Positions 18,983 through 29,931 of a DNA stretch of 64,000 bases are shown here, one piece after another. Positions within the stretch are counted from its first letter, which is position 1. Each line of letters opens with the position of its first letter. This stretch comes from a virus. Under the pieces are notes generated by a model, which was not told the origin of the DNA, did no database searches, and was given only the letters and a program-made list of their open reading frames with translations. The position numbers were made by a program, and so were the translations under genes. The DNA is taken from positions 8,949 to 72,948 of the IMG/VR virus record IMGVR_UViG_3300036832_000775; one strand, written 5' to 3'.

Positions 18983-19716
18983 TTGGCTGGCCCCGGCAAT
19001 CGTTTGATCGTGTCGGCGGCCTCTTTCTTCAACGTCAGGACCCATCTGTCGAGGATGAGGTGCCCCTTATCGACATTGCCATCCCCCATTTTTGCGACCT
19101 CACTCGGCGAGATTACAAACTCGCCGCCACTCGCATTGATCGGAACCGCGCCATTCCTCGTCGGCAGATTGGTCGCTGCGCCGCCATGCTTCTGCTTGTC
19201 AGTCAGCGCCGGGTTCTCCTCCGACATGCCCTGCGGATAGAAATTCGGCGGCGTGAAGTGCATCGGCGGCGGCTTGCCCCTGGGTATCTTGATGCCCTTG
19301 CCGACCTTGAGCGCCGGAGATGGCGCGCCCCATGGCGCCTTTGGCGCGCCCCACGGGCTGCCAAACATCATCTTCAATTGGCTCATGCCGCTGACGGTGT
19401 TCCCTTCGCCCAAGTGCGAGACCGCCCAAGCCGGGACGACGTAACTTCCATCGGGGACATGCATGGGAACGTCGTCGGCGCGGCCGGCGCCTGCCGACAT
19501 GATGCCGCCAGTGAACGGCGACTCGGGACTATCCTCGATGCCGCCGCCTGTCTCGCCGCCTTCCGCGCGCCCAGGCCGCATCAGCATGCGGTCGCTGACC
19601 CCAGCTCCGAATTTCGGCGTCGCCATTGGTTTCGGGAGCGTCGGCATGCGAGGCGGCTTACTCGCACCGAGCATGCGCTGGATGCGGATAGCCGACGGGT
19701 TGTAGCCGTTCGCCAT
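18979..19716 (-). CDS. Virion-associated protein with a tape-measure C-terminal-like module
   Basis: GAGRADDVPMHVPDGSYVVPA and VPINASGGEFVISP; RAEGG motif. Confidence 0.7.
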   Translation of the reverse strand: MANGYNPSAIRIQRMLGASKPPRMPTLPKPMATPKFGAGVSDRMLMRPGRAEGGETGGGIEDSPESPFTGGIMSAGAGRADDVPMHVPDGSYVVPAWAVSHLGEGNTVSGMSQLKMMFGSPWGAPKAPWGAPSPALKVGKGIKIPRGKPPPMHFTPPNFYPQGMSEENPALTDKQKHGGAATNLPTRNGAVPINASGGEFVISPSEVAKMGDGNVDKGHLILDRWVLTLKKEAADTIKRLPGPAK

Positions 19717-19719
19717 GGC

Positions 19720-19995
19720 TTACACCGGATAGTAGGGAACGAGACGAGGACCGACGCCAGGAATGTCGACAGTGATGTAGCCGTCAGGCGAGGTGGGCAG
19801 CGGCCCCGCACGCTGTGCGACAGCGCCCATCTGCCCGGTCATGGAGCCGCGCGCGAGGCCGCTTAATTGCGTCGCAACATCGCTGAGCACTGGGCTAATG
19901 CCAGCTGTCGCTCGAATGAGATGGCCGAGCTGAGTATTTCCGTTTTGCAGCGTTGAGATCAACGTCTGCAGTTCACCTCCGCTGACGTCCGCCAC
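19720..19995 (-). CDS. Small virion protein
   Basis: GGAGG RBS; within the tail operon. Confidence 0.7.
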   Translation of the reverse strand: MADVSGGELQTLISTLQNGNTQLGHLIRATAGISPVLSDVATQLSGLARGSMTGQMGAVAQRAGPLPTSPDGYITVDIPGVGPRLVPYYPV

Positions 19996-20014
19996 TTAGG
20001 TTCCTCCTGTCGCA

Positions 20015-22252
20015 TCAGTTGCGACCGTCAGGAGCGAACCGGAACTTGAAACCGCCCAACCGTGCAAAAGACCCAAGGTCATTGCCTTGGATCTCCGCGA
20101 AGAAATAGCGCCCTCTGCACCGGACCTCAACTGCCCCGGTGGCATTGGTGACAATAAAAGGCCCGTAGGGGATCCAGGTTTCTCGCGGGTCGTCTGGATA
20201 CTCGGCCGTGTAGAGGATGATTTGGACCTGGGCGCTGACGCTCTGCGGTTGTTGCCAGCGCCGCCAGCGCATGTCGGGAATCATGTAGTCGATGAAGACT
20301 TTGTCCTCGCCCTCGCTCAGCATGAAGAAGCCCGTCTGAACCATCCAATTGATCGGCTGGCCGTTGGCGTCCGCCCCCATCTCATGCTGGTGGATCATCG
20401 AGTTGACCCCGCCGGAGACAACCATCGACGAGACGGGATGGCCGAAGATGTTGTTGTCGAGCCAGGCCGTGACATGGATTGGAGTCTCGCCGACCATGCC
20501 TTCCTGCGGGGTCGAGAGCGAATAGTCCCACTCCCCGGTAACCGGGTTGAACTTCACCCAGCTGTCGTTCTCGCCATCCACCGAAGCCATCGAGGGGAAG
20601 TGAAAGGCGACCTCGTCAAAGCCAGAGTTAGCCGCGCCTCGGATATGGTGGAAGTAGAAGTAGTCCCCGTCGCTGTCCCTGGCGTTGTTTAGATTCTTGA
20701 TGATCACGTCCCAGACGTCGCACTGGAGCCGCTGCACGGTGCCGTTAGAGTACATCCAGAAGGCATCGCGCGACATCCAGAAGACTTGCGGGCCGTAGAT
20801 GGCCCAGGCGTGCTTGCCGATAAGTCCACAGCCCTGCGCCACCTCGTTGAAGCCAAATACATTGGGATATCCGATGTAGGCCATCACCCACAAACCAACA
20901 TCTGTCCAAAGCATAGCCTGCTGGGGTCCTTGGCAGCCACCTATGATTTTACTTCCGCGCGTCAGTCGATATGTTCCAGCTTGATTGGAAACCGCCGCGG
21001 TCCAGGTGTTATAGTTGGCGTTATCGCACCAGGCGACGAGCATGGGGTCCTGCACCTGGCCCGTGCTTGCTCCGTAGGCGATGATTTGCTGTTCGGGCAT
21101 GCCGATGAAGAAGCCCGAGGCATAGCTCGGCCCGTTGCCGATCCGCTCCGAGTTCTGAATCCCGCTCGTCGGGTCCCAGGCGAACAGCGGCCCGTTGATC
21201 GCGCTCGAGATCAGCTGCGAGCCCCAGTTAGCGAGCGTCCAGTCGTCGCCGGAGATCGCGCCGAACCCAACCGTCCCCTCCGGCGGCGGGTATGGCGTCC
21301 CCGATAGCGGCGACGGTTGCTGGCCTACGCCCCAGCCGCCGGTGCCCCAGCCGCCGACGCCCCAACCTGAGTTCGGCAGGAGCGGCGCTTGCGTGACCCA
21401 ATAGATGAGCTGCGGCGCGCCACTGAGGTTCGCTTCATTCGTTGTGGCCGACGTCGGGCACGATTCCTGCGCGAAGATGATGAAGTGGTTCGCGTCGATG
21501 ACCTCTTGGACTGGATAGAAGCCCTGCAGCGTCACCGTCCCTGCAGGATTAGTGTTATCGCCGATGTACGTCGGCATCGGGATTGAGAAGTACGCGCCCG
21601 CAACCAGCCCATGGCTCGGCAGATAGACGTTGACGACCTCGGTGTTCGCGTTCGAGGTGAATGTGGCGACGCACGGCGTCGTCGCGGTGGCGGCGCTGAC
21701 CGCGGAGAATGGCAGCGTGATCGTGTACTGCAGATTGGTCAGCATCGTTGTGATCGGGTAGGTGCCGAAGATCACGATGCCGCCGACGGCGACATGGCAC
21801 TCGATCTGGACCGAGCCGTAATTGTTTATCTGGGCATTGGGGTCGTTGATCGTGACGATCGGCGAGCCCGCCGTTGTCGTAAAGGTCTGACCGTTGGTCG
21901 AGACCGCATACTGCGGCGTGATGGTTTGATTGGCCGGCCGGCCGCCTTGGGTCGGCGTTAGGACGTTCAGGCCAGCTGAGCCCGCAATCGCGAGATGGTA
22001 ACTGAGATTGAGGTCCATCCAGGCGCATAGGTCGCGCGTGATGCCATTGACCGTTTGAGTGGCTGAGCCGGTAGGCGGACCGCTGGCGACGTTCCAGAGC
22101 CCCGTCGCGAAAAAATTGATCCAGCCGCCATACTTCTCCGGCAGGCCGCCCTTCCAGCGAATCATGTTCGAGGCGACGATGTTCGCCTGAAGCAGCGTCG
22201 GAGTCTGAAGCGCCTTAACTCCTGGCTGGATCTTGACGGTCTCGAAGGGCAT
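20015..22252 (-). CDS. Tail nozzle / stabilization protein (tubular protein B-like)
   Basis: 745 aa beta-rich; RWKGGLPEKYGGW, WCDNANY..W, CGLIG, PDGR terminus. Confidence 0.8.
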   Translation of the reverse strand: MPFETVKIQPGVKALQTPTLLQANIVASNMIRWKGGLPEKYGGWINFFATGLWNVASGPPTGSATQTVNGITRDLCAWMDLNLSYHLAIAGSAGLNVLTPTQGGRPANQTITPQYAVSTNGQTFTTTAGSPIVTINDPNAQINNYGSVQIECHVAVGGIVIFGTYPITTMLTNLQYTITLPFSAVSAATATTPCVATFTSNANTEVVNVYLPSHGLVAGAYFSIPMPTYIGDNTNPAGTVTLQGFYPVQEVIDANHFIIFAQESCPTSATTNEANLSGAPQLIYWVTQAPLLPNSGWGVGGWGTGGWGVGQQPSPLSGTPYPPPEGTVGFGAISGDDWTLANWGSQLISSAINGPLFAWDPTSGIQNSERIGNGPSYASGFFIGMPEQQIIAYGASTGQVQDPMLVAWCDNANYNTWTAAVSNQAGTYRLTRGSKIIGGCQGPQQAMLWTDVGLWVMAYIGYPNVFGFNEVAQGCGLIGKHAWAIYGPQVFWMSRDAFWMYSNGTVQRLQCDVWDVIIKNLNNARDSDGDYFYFHHIRGAANSGFDEVAFHFPSMASVDGENDSWVKFNPVTGEWDYSLSTPQEGMVGETPIHVTAWLDNNIFGHPVSSMVVSGGVNSMIHQHEMGADANGQPINWMVQTGFFMLSEGEDKVFIDYMIPDMRWRRWQQPQSVSAQVQIILYTAEYPDDPRETWIPYGPFIVTNATGAVEVRCRGRYFFAEIQGNDLGSFARLGGFKFRFAPDGRN

Positions 22253-22255
22253 GGT

Positions 22256-23059
22256 TCACCCCGCAGGAGCCCCAGCTGGAGCCGGCATCGACGGCGATTG
22301 ATACGACGACATCATGCCCCAGCCGAGAAACTTCTTCCTGGTCTCTTCGCTCTTCGCCGAGCTCAGCAGCGTTTGGAATTGCGTCTCCCAGCTCACCGCC
22401 ATGCGCGGGTCGTCGGCCTGGGCGCCGTAGTTCTTGCGGTAGCCCGAGGCGGAGACCATCGCGCAGGCGAGGAAGAGATCTGGCAGGACCTGGGTCAGGA
22501 ATGTGGTCTGCGTCCCGTCGGCCGGCGCGGCCAGGTAGAGCGGGACCGGACGCGCAGAGCCATGCACCAGGAAATAATAGGCCTGGTCCGGCATCGGCCC
22601 GAACACGAGCGTCTGGTCGTCGAGGAGCGCGAAGCGCACCGGCTGCCCAGTGGTTTCAGGGTTCGGAAAGACGCCGCTGTAGATCGCGTCAAGGTAATCG
22701 ACCGTGCTCGGGAGGCAGGGCTCTCCGCCAACCGTCGGGGCCACGCCAGGAATGGGCGGGAGGACCGCATTGGGCGGCTCGACCCGGACCCGATCGACGA
22801 CGAGAATTTGCTGCGGTGGGGATGGGGTCGAATAGACCGCGCCGCCGACCGCGAAGCTCTGCGAGCGCCGGAAAGGAGCCATCTGGAACCACTGCCGCGC
22901 CTCTGCGGTCAGGAGGTCAAGCTCGCGATAGCAGCGCTGTTCGGCATAATCGATGATGGTAGGCAGGACGGCGACGAAGTTCGGTTCGTTCACGTTGTTG
23001 TTCGGAACGACCATCTCGATCGCGAGCGCGGTTTGGAAAGTTGTATAATTATAACTCAT
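22256..23059 (-). CDS. Head-tail adaptor (tubular protein A-like)
   Basis: IIDYAEQRCYREL; GPMPDQAY; PDLFLACAMV. Confidence 0.75.
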   Translation of the reverse strand: MSYNYTTFQTALAIEMVVPNNNVNEPNFVAVLPTIIDYAEQRCYRELDLLTAEARQWFQMAPFRRSQSFAVGGAVYSTPSPPQQILVVDRVRVEPPNAVLPPIPGVAPTVGGEPCLPSTVDYLDAIYSGVFPNPETTGQPVRFALLDDQTLVFGPMPDQAYYFLVHGSARPVPLYLAAPADGTQTTFLTQVLPDLFLACAMVSASGYRKNYGAQADDPRMAVSWETQFQTLLSSAKSEETRKKFLGWGMMSSYQSPSMPAPAGAPAG

Positions 23060-24411
23060 GCCCTGGCCGCCTCCAGTTCCTCGATCCGAGCCGCCAGCGT
23101 CTTGACCGCCTCGACCAAGAGCGCAGTCAATTGCCCGTAGGCGATGCCAAGCGTCGTCTCGCCGGTCTCCTTGCCTTCTAGGTCAGTCTCGGCATGCTCG
23201 TAGACGACTTCCGGCACAATCGAGCGCACGTCTTGCGCTACGAGGCCGATCTCGCGCTGGTGCTTGATCTTCAGGTCATTGCCTTCGACATCGATCCGGT
23301 CGAACGCCACGCCTCTCAGGCGCAAGACTTTGGCGAGCGCGTCGGCGATTGGCTCAATGTTCTTCTTTAGCTTGATGTCCGAACCGTTCGTATAGGTTCC
23401 TTGCACCCAGAAGCCCCCTGCCCCGTCGAGCGTGCAGGTGCGGGCCGAGGCGTTGTAAAATTCGTGAGTGTAAGTCGTCCGGCCACCGCCATTGGTGATG
23501 CATGTGCCGGTCGAAGAATTGCCGAACTGAGAGCCGGTGAAGCCCGCATACACCGCTCCGATTGCGCCGTAGGTGTTACCCCCGTTTGGCGATTGAACGC
23601 CGGTACTGGTGACATAGCCCTGTGTCGTCGTCGGATTGCCGCTGCCATCGGTGGTGCCCCACGCCATGATCGCGCCAAGGCCGGGGTTCCACCATCCCAT
23701 CCCCGAAGTGCCGTCGCGGACGACCGCGATGCAGGAATTGCCGGCGCCGTGGGAGTAGATCGGGGCGCTGTTGGCGGCGACGTGCGTGCCGGTAGTGGAG
23801 ACGGTAGCCGCAGAGAAATTGCCGCTCTGATCGAGCGAGGCGATCCGGGCCGCTCCCCAATAATACTCGAAGCTGTAAGTCGGACGGCTGCCGCCGTTGA
23901 CGACCATCGTCGCCGTGCCTGCCGTATTGGTCGCCTGCCCGCCAGAGAGCGTGATGTAGCCGCCTGCCGCGTTGGCGACGATGCTGTTGTCGGTCGGGAT
24001 CACTTGGATCGTATTGGCGGCGACGATATATCGCGTATTCAGGTTTCCGGTCAGCGTTCCTCCGGTCAAAGGCAGATAGCCGCCGAGCGATACGTTCATC
24101 TGCTGCAGCGGCACCGGGTTCAGGCTCGCGGTCGCATTACCCGACAGCGTCATCAAGCCGGTCATCGCGCCGCCGCTCAGCGGCAGATACCCACCCAATG
24201 ACGCATTGACTTGCTGCAACGGCACCGGATTGAGATTGGCGGTCGCGTTGCCCTTGAGGACGATGTCGCCGTTCATCGTCCCGCCGCTCAAAGGCAAGAA
24301 CCCAGTTCCGGTGCCGGTCGAACCCCACTTGGCCCCGTCCCATTTCCAGGCCGAGCCGTTGGGAGCCGTGAACACCTGATTGAGGGTTGCAGGAGAGGGG
24401 AAATCTAACAT
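23056..24411 (-). CDS. Tail fibre with S74 intramolecular chaperone
   Basis: LPLSGG repeats; SDIKLKKNI...IGLVAQDV...LLVEAVKTL. Confidence 0.85.
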   Translation of the reverse strand: MLDFPSPATLNQVFTAPNGSAWKWDGAKWGSTGTGTGFLPLSGGTMNGDIVLKGNATANLNPVPLQQVNASLGGYLPLSGGAMTGLMTLSGNATASLNPVPLQQMNVSLGGYLPLTGGTLTGNLNTRYIVAANTIQVIPTDNSIVANAAGGYITLSGGQATNTAGTATMVVNGGSRPTYSFEYYWGAARIASLDQSGNFSAATVSTTGTHVAANSAPIYSHGAGNSCIAVVRDGTSGMGWWNPGLGAIMAWGTTDGSGNPTTTQGYVTSTGVQSPNGGNTYGAIGAVYAGFTGSQFGNSSTGTCITNGGGRTTYTHEFYNASARTCTLDGAGGFWVQGTYTNGSDIKLKKNIEPIADALAKVLRLRGVAFDRIDVEGNDLKIKHQREIGLVAQDVRSIVPEVVYEHAETDLEGKETGETTLGIAYGQLTALLVEAVKTLAARIEELEAARA

Positions 24412-27400
24412 CGGCCCGCCTCCAACGCCGCGATACGCGCCGTCAGGTCAGCATTCTGCGCCGCCAGCGTCTTGACCGCGTTGACGAGCGCGTAGGTCAG
24501 CGCCGAAGCGTCCAGCCCGAGAAGGTCCGGCACATCGGTCTTGATCCGGCCTTTTTTGTTGTCGTGATCAATCGAGTGCAGTTCGGCTTCGCAGAGCATT
24601 TCCGGCATGATCGGTTGCACGTCTTGCGCCGTCAGTCCGTAATAGGTCTTGCCGTTGTCGGGCGTGCCGCCCCTGCCGTTGTACTGGTAGGCGACCGGGC
24701 GCAAGGCGCAGACCTGATCGAGGCCCGCCGAATAATCCTTGACGTTCTTCTTCACCCGAATATCCGACTGCGTCGCCCAGACGCCGCCGCCCGGTTTGTA
24801 GCCGTTGCCAGAGACGAGGCCAAAGTTGCCGGGGTAGTCGAGCGTCACGGTATTGGCATTGTTGCCGTACCAATAGAGAACGCCACTGTTCCGGTCTAAT
24901 TGTAGCGAATAGGCGGTTCCCCATGAGAGGGTGCGCACGCCACCGCTGATATTCATGTAGAAGGAGGCGTCGACGTTGTAGGCGAAATAGGTCGGGCCGG
25001 TCGCTACGACGAGCGCGCCCCCGACATTAGTGTTGCCGGTCGACTGGACGCCCGCCCCGACAATCGTCCCGCTCATGGAGATGCCGGTCCCGTTGAGTTG
25101 TCCGCTCAACGTCCCTCCCACCAGCTGGAGGTAGGCCGAGTTGCCGTAGGTGCGAACCCAATAGGTATTTGCGACTGCCGCCGAATTGTCGGTGTTCGAC
25201 GGACTTGGCACAAGCGGGACGCCGGAGAAGTTTGGGCTCGCCAGTGGGGCGCGTGAGGTGTCGGTCGGATGAACGTGGTCGTTGCGCGCGAACATTGCGC
25301 CGACGCCAACCGCCGCCGTTCCGTCCATCAATGGGGTTGTGCTTGAGGCGACCGGCAATTGCTGCAACGTCACTGGGTTCAGGTTCGCAGTCGCATTGCC
25401 TTTGAGAACGAGGTCGCCGGTCAACGTTCCGCCCGCTAAAGGTAGGAACGGAGCCGCGTTCATCTGCTGCAACGTCACCGGATTGAGCGCCGCCACAGCG
25501 TTGCCCTTGAGCACGATGTCGCCCGTGAGGGTCCCGCCGCTCAAAGGCAGATAGCCGCTCGTAAGCTGCTGCAACGGCACTGGATTGAGTGCCGCCGTCG
25601 CGTTGCCCTTGAGCACGATGTCGCCGTTCATCGTCCCGCCGCTCAAAGGCAGGAAATTGCCGCCGGAATTGTTAGCGATCACCCACTGACTTGAGTTGGC
25701 ATCTTGATACCAGAGGTAGGTCTGGCCTCCGACGGAATCGAACCAGAGGTCCCCCGGTTTCGGATTTGTCGGAGCGATGTCGCTGATGGTCACGCTCGCG
25801 CCGATCGCCGCTTGCCACGAAGCATCCGAGCCGCGCCGCGCATAGAGCGCACCGTCGGTCGGCGCCTCGGGCACGGGACCAGGCGGCCCGGTGTTCCCGA
25901 TCGGACCCTGCGGGCCTGCCGGCCCGGTCGCGCCGTTTGGCCCCGTCGGTCCTGCCGGCCCGGTGCTCCCGGTGGATCCGGTCGGACCTGGCACGCCCTG
26001 CGGCCCAGGATCGCCCTTCAGACCTTGCGGTCCAGTAATGCCAGATGGCCCTTGCGGCCCTGCCGGCCCTGCCGGACCGTCGTTGCCGAGAGGCCCTACC
26101 GGACCCTGGATGCCCTGCGGGCCAGGCGTGCCCTGCGAACCCTGCGGACCAGGCGGCCCGGTGTTCCCGATCGGTCCTTGCGGGCCTGCACCTCCGCCGG
26201 TTCCCTGGGGGCCTGCCGGCCCCTGGGGGCCTACCGAACCAGCTGCGCCGTCCTGGCCAGGAACGCCCTGGATCCCCTGCGGACCAGGCGGCCCGACGAC
26301 ATTGCCGAGGCTCGTCCAACCCGCAGGCGTGATTGATGTCCCGACGTAGTCCCAGATCGAGCTGTCGACGGTGTAGACCATCGCTTGCCCGGGCTGCATC
26401 TGGATGGCTGTCGGGGGATTCCCGGCCGAGTCCCAATTGATCGGGATGAGACCGGACGGGGGCAGCGTGGAGGGCGCGTTGTGCGTGAACGATCCGACGA
26501 TGATCGCGGTCTGCCCAGGCGGCCCAGGATTGCCCTGGGAGCCCTGTGGGCCGGATGTACCGGGGTCCCCCTGTATACCCTGCACGCCCTGGATACCCTG
26601 GTCTCCTGGGGCTCCCGGGGTCCCCTGGGGGCCGGCTGGGCCGATGATCCCTTGAGCTCCGGTCGCGCCGCCTGGCCCCTGGGCTCCGGTTGAGCCGCCC
26701 GGGCCTGCCGGCCCCTGCGGACCAGGCGGACCCTGCGAACCCTGCTGGCCAGGCGGACCCTGCGTCGCGCCCCCGATATCGATCCACCCGGGCGCGGTGT
26801 ATTGCGTGCCGACGAAGTCCCAGACTGAGTTGCTCGGCGTATAGATGAGCGCCTGCCCGGGCTTCATCTGCAGATCGGCCGGCGGATTCCCCGGAGCATC
26901 CCAGTTCGCGGGGAGCAACCCGCTCGGCGGCAACGTCGAAGGGTTATGATTCGCGAAGCTGCCGACGACGATCGCGGTCTGCCCCGCGGCTCCCGTGATG
27001 CCTGGCGGCCCCTCGGGGCCTGCCGGCCCCTGGACTCCCTGCTGACCGGGGATGCCTTGAGGACCCTGGGGGCCGACCGGCCCCTGTGGGCCTGACGGAC
27101 CAGGAATCCCTGCGAGCTGCGTCCAGATCGGGTCGTTCCCGGCTCCCTGGCTTTGCAAGAAACTGCCGGAGACGCCGACGCCCGACCAGCGCGGCGGATC
27201 GCCGCCGACGAGCACCGCGCCAGGCGGGTTGGGATAGATCGCGCCGAACTGCGTCGGTCCAGCATAGAGGAGGCCGAACTCCGGATAGAATCCCCCTCCC
27301 GTGCCGCCATCATCCACCGAGATCGGCGTCGGCACTCGGATGTATTCGACGAGCACGTCGATCGGGTTCTTGACCGTGATCCCGCCCTGAACCATCGGGA

Positions 27401-27659
27401 TCCACTCGCCGCCTTGGATCACGCCGCCCTGCGGGAGCTGCGAGATCGGGGTCTCGTCTTGCGGGGCTTCGCCGGCTTGCAGCGATGGAGCCGCGGGGAT
27501 CGGCGGCATGTCCGTTTGTCGCGCCACTGGCGGGAGCGTTAGCGGGGTCGCCGGCCGCGCCGTCTGTACTGGCCCGGGCGTCGGCCATTGCGCAGCTCCA
27601 GGCACGCCTGGGATCGGCGACGACGGCGCAGCCGGGTCAGGGGAGAAGAGCTTATTCAA
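24405..27659 (-). CDS. Collagen-like tail fibre with S74 chaperone
   Basis: Long G-X-Y runs, duplicated GQTAIxVGSF domain, LPLSGG repeats, SDIRVKKNV. Confidence 0.9.
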   Translation of the reverse strand: MNKLFSPDPAAPSSPIPGVPGAAQWPTPGPVQTARPATPLTLPPVARQTDMPPIPAAPSLQAGEAPQDETPISQLPQGGVIQGGEWIPMVQGGITVKNPIDVLVEYIRVPTPISVDDGGTGGGFYPEFGLLYAGPTQFGAIYPNPPGAVLVGGDPPRWSGVGVSGSFLQSQGAGNDPIWTQLAGIPGPSGPQGPVGPQGPQGIPGQQGVQGPAGPEGPPGITGAAGQTAIVVGSFANHNPSTLPPSGLLPANWDAPGNPPADLQMKPGQALIYTPSNSVWDFVGTQYTAPGWIDIGGATQGPPGQQGSQGPPGPQGPAGPGGSTGAQGPGGATGAQGIIGPAGPQGTPGAPGDQGIQGVQGIQGDPGTSGPQGSQGNPGPPGQTAIIVGSFTHNAPSTLPPSGLIPINWDSAGNPPTAIQMQPGQAMVYTVDSSIWDYVGTSITPAGWTSLGNVVGPPGPQGIQGVPGQDGAAGSVGPQGPAGPQGTGGGAGPQGPIGNTGPPGPQGSQGTPGPQGIQGPVGPLGNDGPAGPAGPQGPSGITGPQGLKGDPGPQGVPGPTGSTGSTGPAGPTGPNGATGPAGPQGPIGNTGPPGPVPEAPTDGALYARRGSDASWQAAIGASVTISDIAPTNPKPGDLWFDSVGGQTYLWYQDANSSQWVIANNSGGNFLPLSGGTMNGDIVLKGNATAALNPVPLQQLTSGYLPLSGGTLTGDIVLKGNAVAALNPVTLQQMNAAPFLPLAGGTLTGDLVLKGNATANLNPVTLQQLPVASSTTPLMDGTAAVGVGAMFARNDHVHPTDTSRAPLASPNFSGVPLVPSPSNTDNSAAVANTYWVRTYGNSAYLQLVGGTLSGQLNGTGISMSGTIVGAGVQSTGNTNVGGALVVATGPTYFAYNVDASFYMNISGGVRTLSWGTAYSLQLDRNSGVLYWYGNNANTVTLDYPGNFGLVSGNGYKPGGGVWATQSDIRVKKNVKDYSAGLDQVCALRPVAYQYNGRGGTPDNGKTYYGLTAQDVQPIMPEMLCEAELHSIDHDNKKGRIKTDVPDLLGLDASALTYALVNAVKTLAAQNADLTARIAALEAGRC

Positions 27660-28026
27660 TGGTCAGCGGCTCCCCATCCTCGGTTGTGATCGGGCGCAGC
27701 GGCGGCAGGGGTCGCTGTTCGGTCGTGATCGGATTGCCGGAGACCGCCGTCGGGTCGAAGCGCGAGGCGATGAAGTTCTCGGGGCGCGGATCGTAGACGG
27801 GGACCGGATCAGGCGGCGCGAGGCGCGCCTTGAGCTGCGGGTTCGCCCGATCGAGACAGAGCTGGCAGACGCGCTTGCGCGTATTGATGAGGCTCGTGCC
27901 CTGCCACTCGTATTGGTACTTCAGCTTGAAGAGGTTATGCCACAGGCCACATCTGTCGCAGACGCCAAAGGCGCGCGGCGAGTGCGGGTTGGTAAGCGCA
28001 CGGCCAGACCTACTCGCGTAGCCCAT
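27652..28026 (-). CDS. Zn-finger-like phage tail-region protein
   Basis: AFGVCDRCG...[13 protein letters not shown]...DPRP. Confidence 0.75.
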   Translation of the reverse strand: MGYASRSGRALTNPHSPRAFGVCDRCGLWHNLFKLKYQYEWQGTSLINTRKRVCQLCLDRANPQLKARLAPPDPVPVYDPRPENFIASRFDPTAVSGNPITTEQRPLPPLRPITTEDGEPLTIE

Positions 28027-28321
28027 CTTCTTCGCCCGTGACGTACTTGAAATGCAAACCGCCAACGCTATGCCTGCGCAAGTCTCCCAAGCACAGCTCA
28101 ATCAGAGCGCTTTTGGCGACGCGATAGGCGCGCGCCGCTGCCGATGCGCTCTCATAAAGTTTCCCATCCTCAAGGCACATAACGCGCCTTGAAGACGCTT
28201 GCGGGCCGAGAGGCCGATATCGCGCCCAGCGCTCTCGCTCAGAAGCCCTCATGCTGCGAAGCCAAAGCCGATCTTTCGCGCGCCATTCGTGCTTCGACCC
28301 AAGCCGCATCGCCCACCTCAC
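28010..28321 (-). CDS. NUMOD1-like DNA-binding protein (possible homing-endonuclease remnant)
   Basis: VMCLEDGKLYESASAAAR...GGLHFKYV. Confidence 0.6.
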   Translation of the reverse strand: MRWAMRLGSKHEWRAKDRLWLRSMRASERERWARYRPLGPQASSRRVMCLEDGKLYESASAAARAYRVAKSALIELCLGDLRRHSVGGLHFKYVTGEEDGLRE

Positions 28322-28488
28322 CTACTGCCAAACTTCTTGCGCTTGACGAGATAGCCGCTGAACCCATGCGCGCGCAGAATCTTGCTGATCGTGCCTTGGC
28401 TCACGCCCAGCTCGACCGCGATCTCGTCTTGCTTCCAGCCCTTGGCGCGCAACGCCTTGACCTTCTCGATGAAGCCCTCGTCAATCAT
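28318..28488 (-). CDS. 56-aa HTH protein (below ORF-track cutoff)
   Basis: MIDEGFIEKVKALRAKGWKQDEIAVELGVSQGTISKILR. Confidence 0.65.
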   Translation of the reverse strand: MIDEGFIEKVKALRAKGWKQDEIAVELGVSQGTISKILRAHGFSGYLVKRKKFGSR

Positions 28489-29245
28489 AGTAGCTCTGGA
28501 TCATCGGCAAGAGGTAGATCGAGCCGTCTTCTGTGTCCTGCGTCGCGGCAATCCCATAGGCCTCGTCGGCCTGCGCCTTGCGCTGCGCTTCGAGATCCTG
28601 CGCGTAATGCGTCGCCAATCGATAAGCGAGGCCAGCGCAGGCCGCATCGAGCCAGCGATAGGGGATGTCGAGCTGCATCGCCCCGCGATGCATTGCATCG
28701 TACTGCTGACCATAGCTCCAGACGTGGACATGATAGACGTCATTGGGCGTCGGCCAGAACGTGATCGTCTGCGCGATCGTGCGGTCATACCAGAACGACG
28801 TCGGCCGGCTTTGCTGCGCCTTGCGCGGCTGCATCGTGTACTCTTGCCGCGTCATCGGCGTGATCGTGAGCTCGCTTTCATCTGGCGGGTCGCCCGTGCC
28901 GATCGTGACGTTGAGCACCATGATGTTGGTCGAGGGCAGCGGATAGGTCGCGAGGCCGACTTGCGTGTCGAAGGTTTGCTCGACGACCTTCCAGAGGTTC
29001 GGCCCTTTGTTGCTCCACTGCACTTGAAGCAGGTTCGCTTCCATCCACGCCTGGTGCAGATGCTCGGCGAGCACCATCGGCCCGCGGATCCGGATCCGCG
29101 AGAGCGCGTTGAGCGTGCATTCGCCGAGCGACGGGAAGAAGTTGAAGCTGCCGCTGGTACGGGATGGCTGCGGCGGCGGCGGGTTGTAGGCGCCGATCGA
29201 CGAGCCGCCGACAATGAACGTGCCGATGGCGCTCTGCAGGCTCAT
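28481..29245 (-). CDS. Head-tail connector / adaptor
   Basis: WSNKGPNLW; QSRPTSFWYDR; WPTP; DIPYRWLDAACAGLAY. Confidence 0.75.
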   Translation of the reverse strand: MSLQSAIGTFIVGGSSIGAYNPPPPQPSRTSGSFNFFPSLGECTLNALSRIRIRGPMVLAEHLHQAWMEANLLQVQWSNKGPNLWKVVEQTFDTQVGLATYPLPSTNIMVLNVTIGTGDPPDESELTITPMTRQEYTMQPRKAQQSRPTSFWYDRTIAQTITFWPTPNDVYHVHVWSYGQQYDAMHRGAMQLDIPYRWLDAACAGLAYRLATHYAQDLEAQRKAQADEAYGIAATQDTEDGSIYLLPMIQSYYD

Positions 29246-29931
29246 CGCATGCGTCTCGCCGAGATGAAGCCGGTGAGCTGCGCGCCCGCGCCGCTAACTG
29301 AGCCCGAAAGATAAACCGTGGGCGCGGCGCTCGAGCTGATCCGCAGACGGCCTGTCGGGTGAGCTCCGACGCTGGTCGTAGTCAGGCCGGCGGCGATATA
29401 GGCAAATCCAGTCTGTCCGGCCCCAGTTATCAGCGGCGCGGTTGCCGAGACCGTATTGAGCCAGGCCAAGAGAACCAACCCGCTCGCGCCGGTCAGCGCC
29501 TGGACGTTGCCCTGGACGTCCCAATCGCCAGCCGCGAGCGTGAGCGAAGCAATGTCGACGATCGTAGCGCTGGCCGAGGCGATGCCGGTCGACCTGGAGG
29601 CGGTTAGCCATTCGCCGACCATGCCCGCCGCAGCATTGGAGCCGTCAGTGACGCCGGCCACCGAACCGGTCAAAGTCCCCGCGACATTACCGCTGACGTT
29701 ACCTGTCAGATTGCCGGTGACATTGCCGGTGACATTGCCGGTCAAGGCTCCTGTGACATTGCCGCTGACGTTGCCGGTCAGCGGCCCCGAGAAGGTCCCG
29801 ACAAACGAGGTCGTAAAGTCTGCCTTCTCGCTGAAGAGCGTGTCCCATTGCTGGGGCGTCGGCACGAATGAGCCGCTCATCCACGTCGATTGCGGGATGC
29901 CTAAGATCGTCCAGGGGTCGCTGCCGCTCAT
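29242..29931 (-). CDS. Virion fibre-like protein with TGNV repeats
   Basis: TGNVSGNVTG repeats; GVTDGSNAAAGMVGE; ISARRMR terminus. Confidence 0.7.
   Translation of the reverse strand: MSGSDPWTILGIPQSTWMSGSFVPTPQQWDTLFSEKADFTTSFVGTFSGPLTGNVSGNVTGALTGNVTGNVTGNLTGNVSGNVAGTLTGSVAGVTDGSNAAAGMVGEWLTASRSTGIASASATIVDIASLTLAAGDWDVQGNVQALTGASGLVLLAWLNTVSATAPLITGAGQTGFAYIAAGLTTTSVGAHPTGRLRISSSAAPTVYLSGSVSGAGAQLTGFISARRMR

Noticed and set aside
8076-27659. Diversity-generating retroelement acting on the fibres
   Set aside because: No reverse transcriptase in the window and no repeat pair differing only at adenines; the fibre repeats are both coding.
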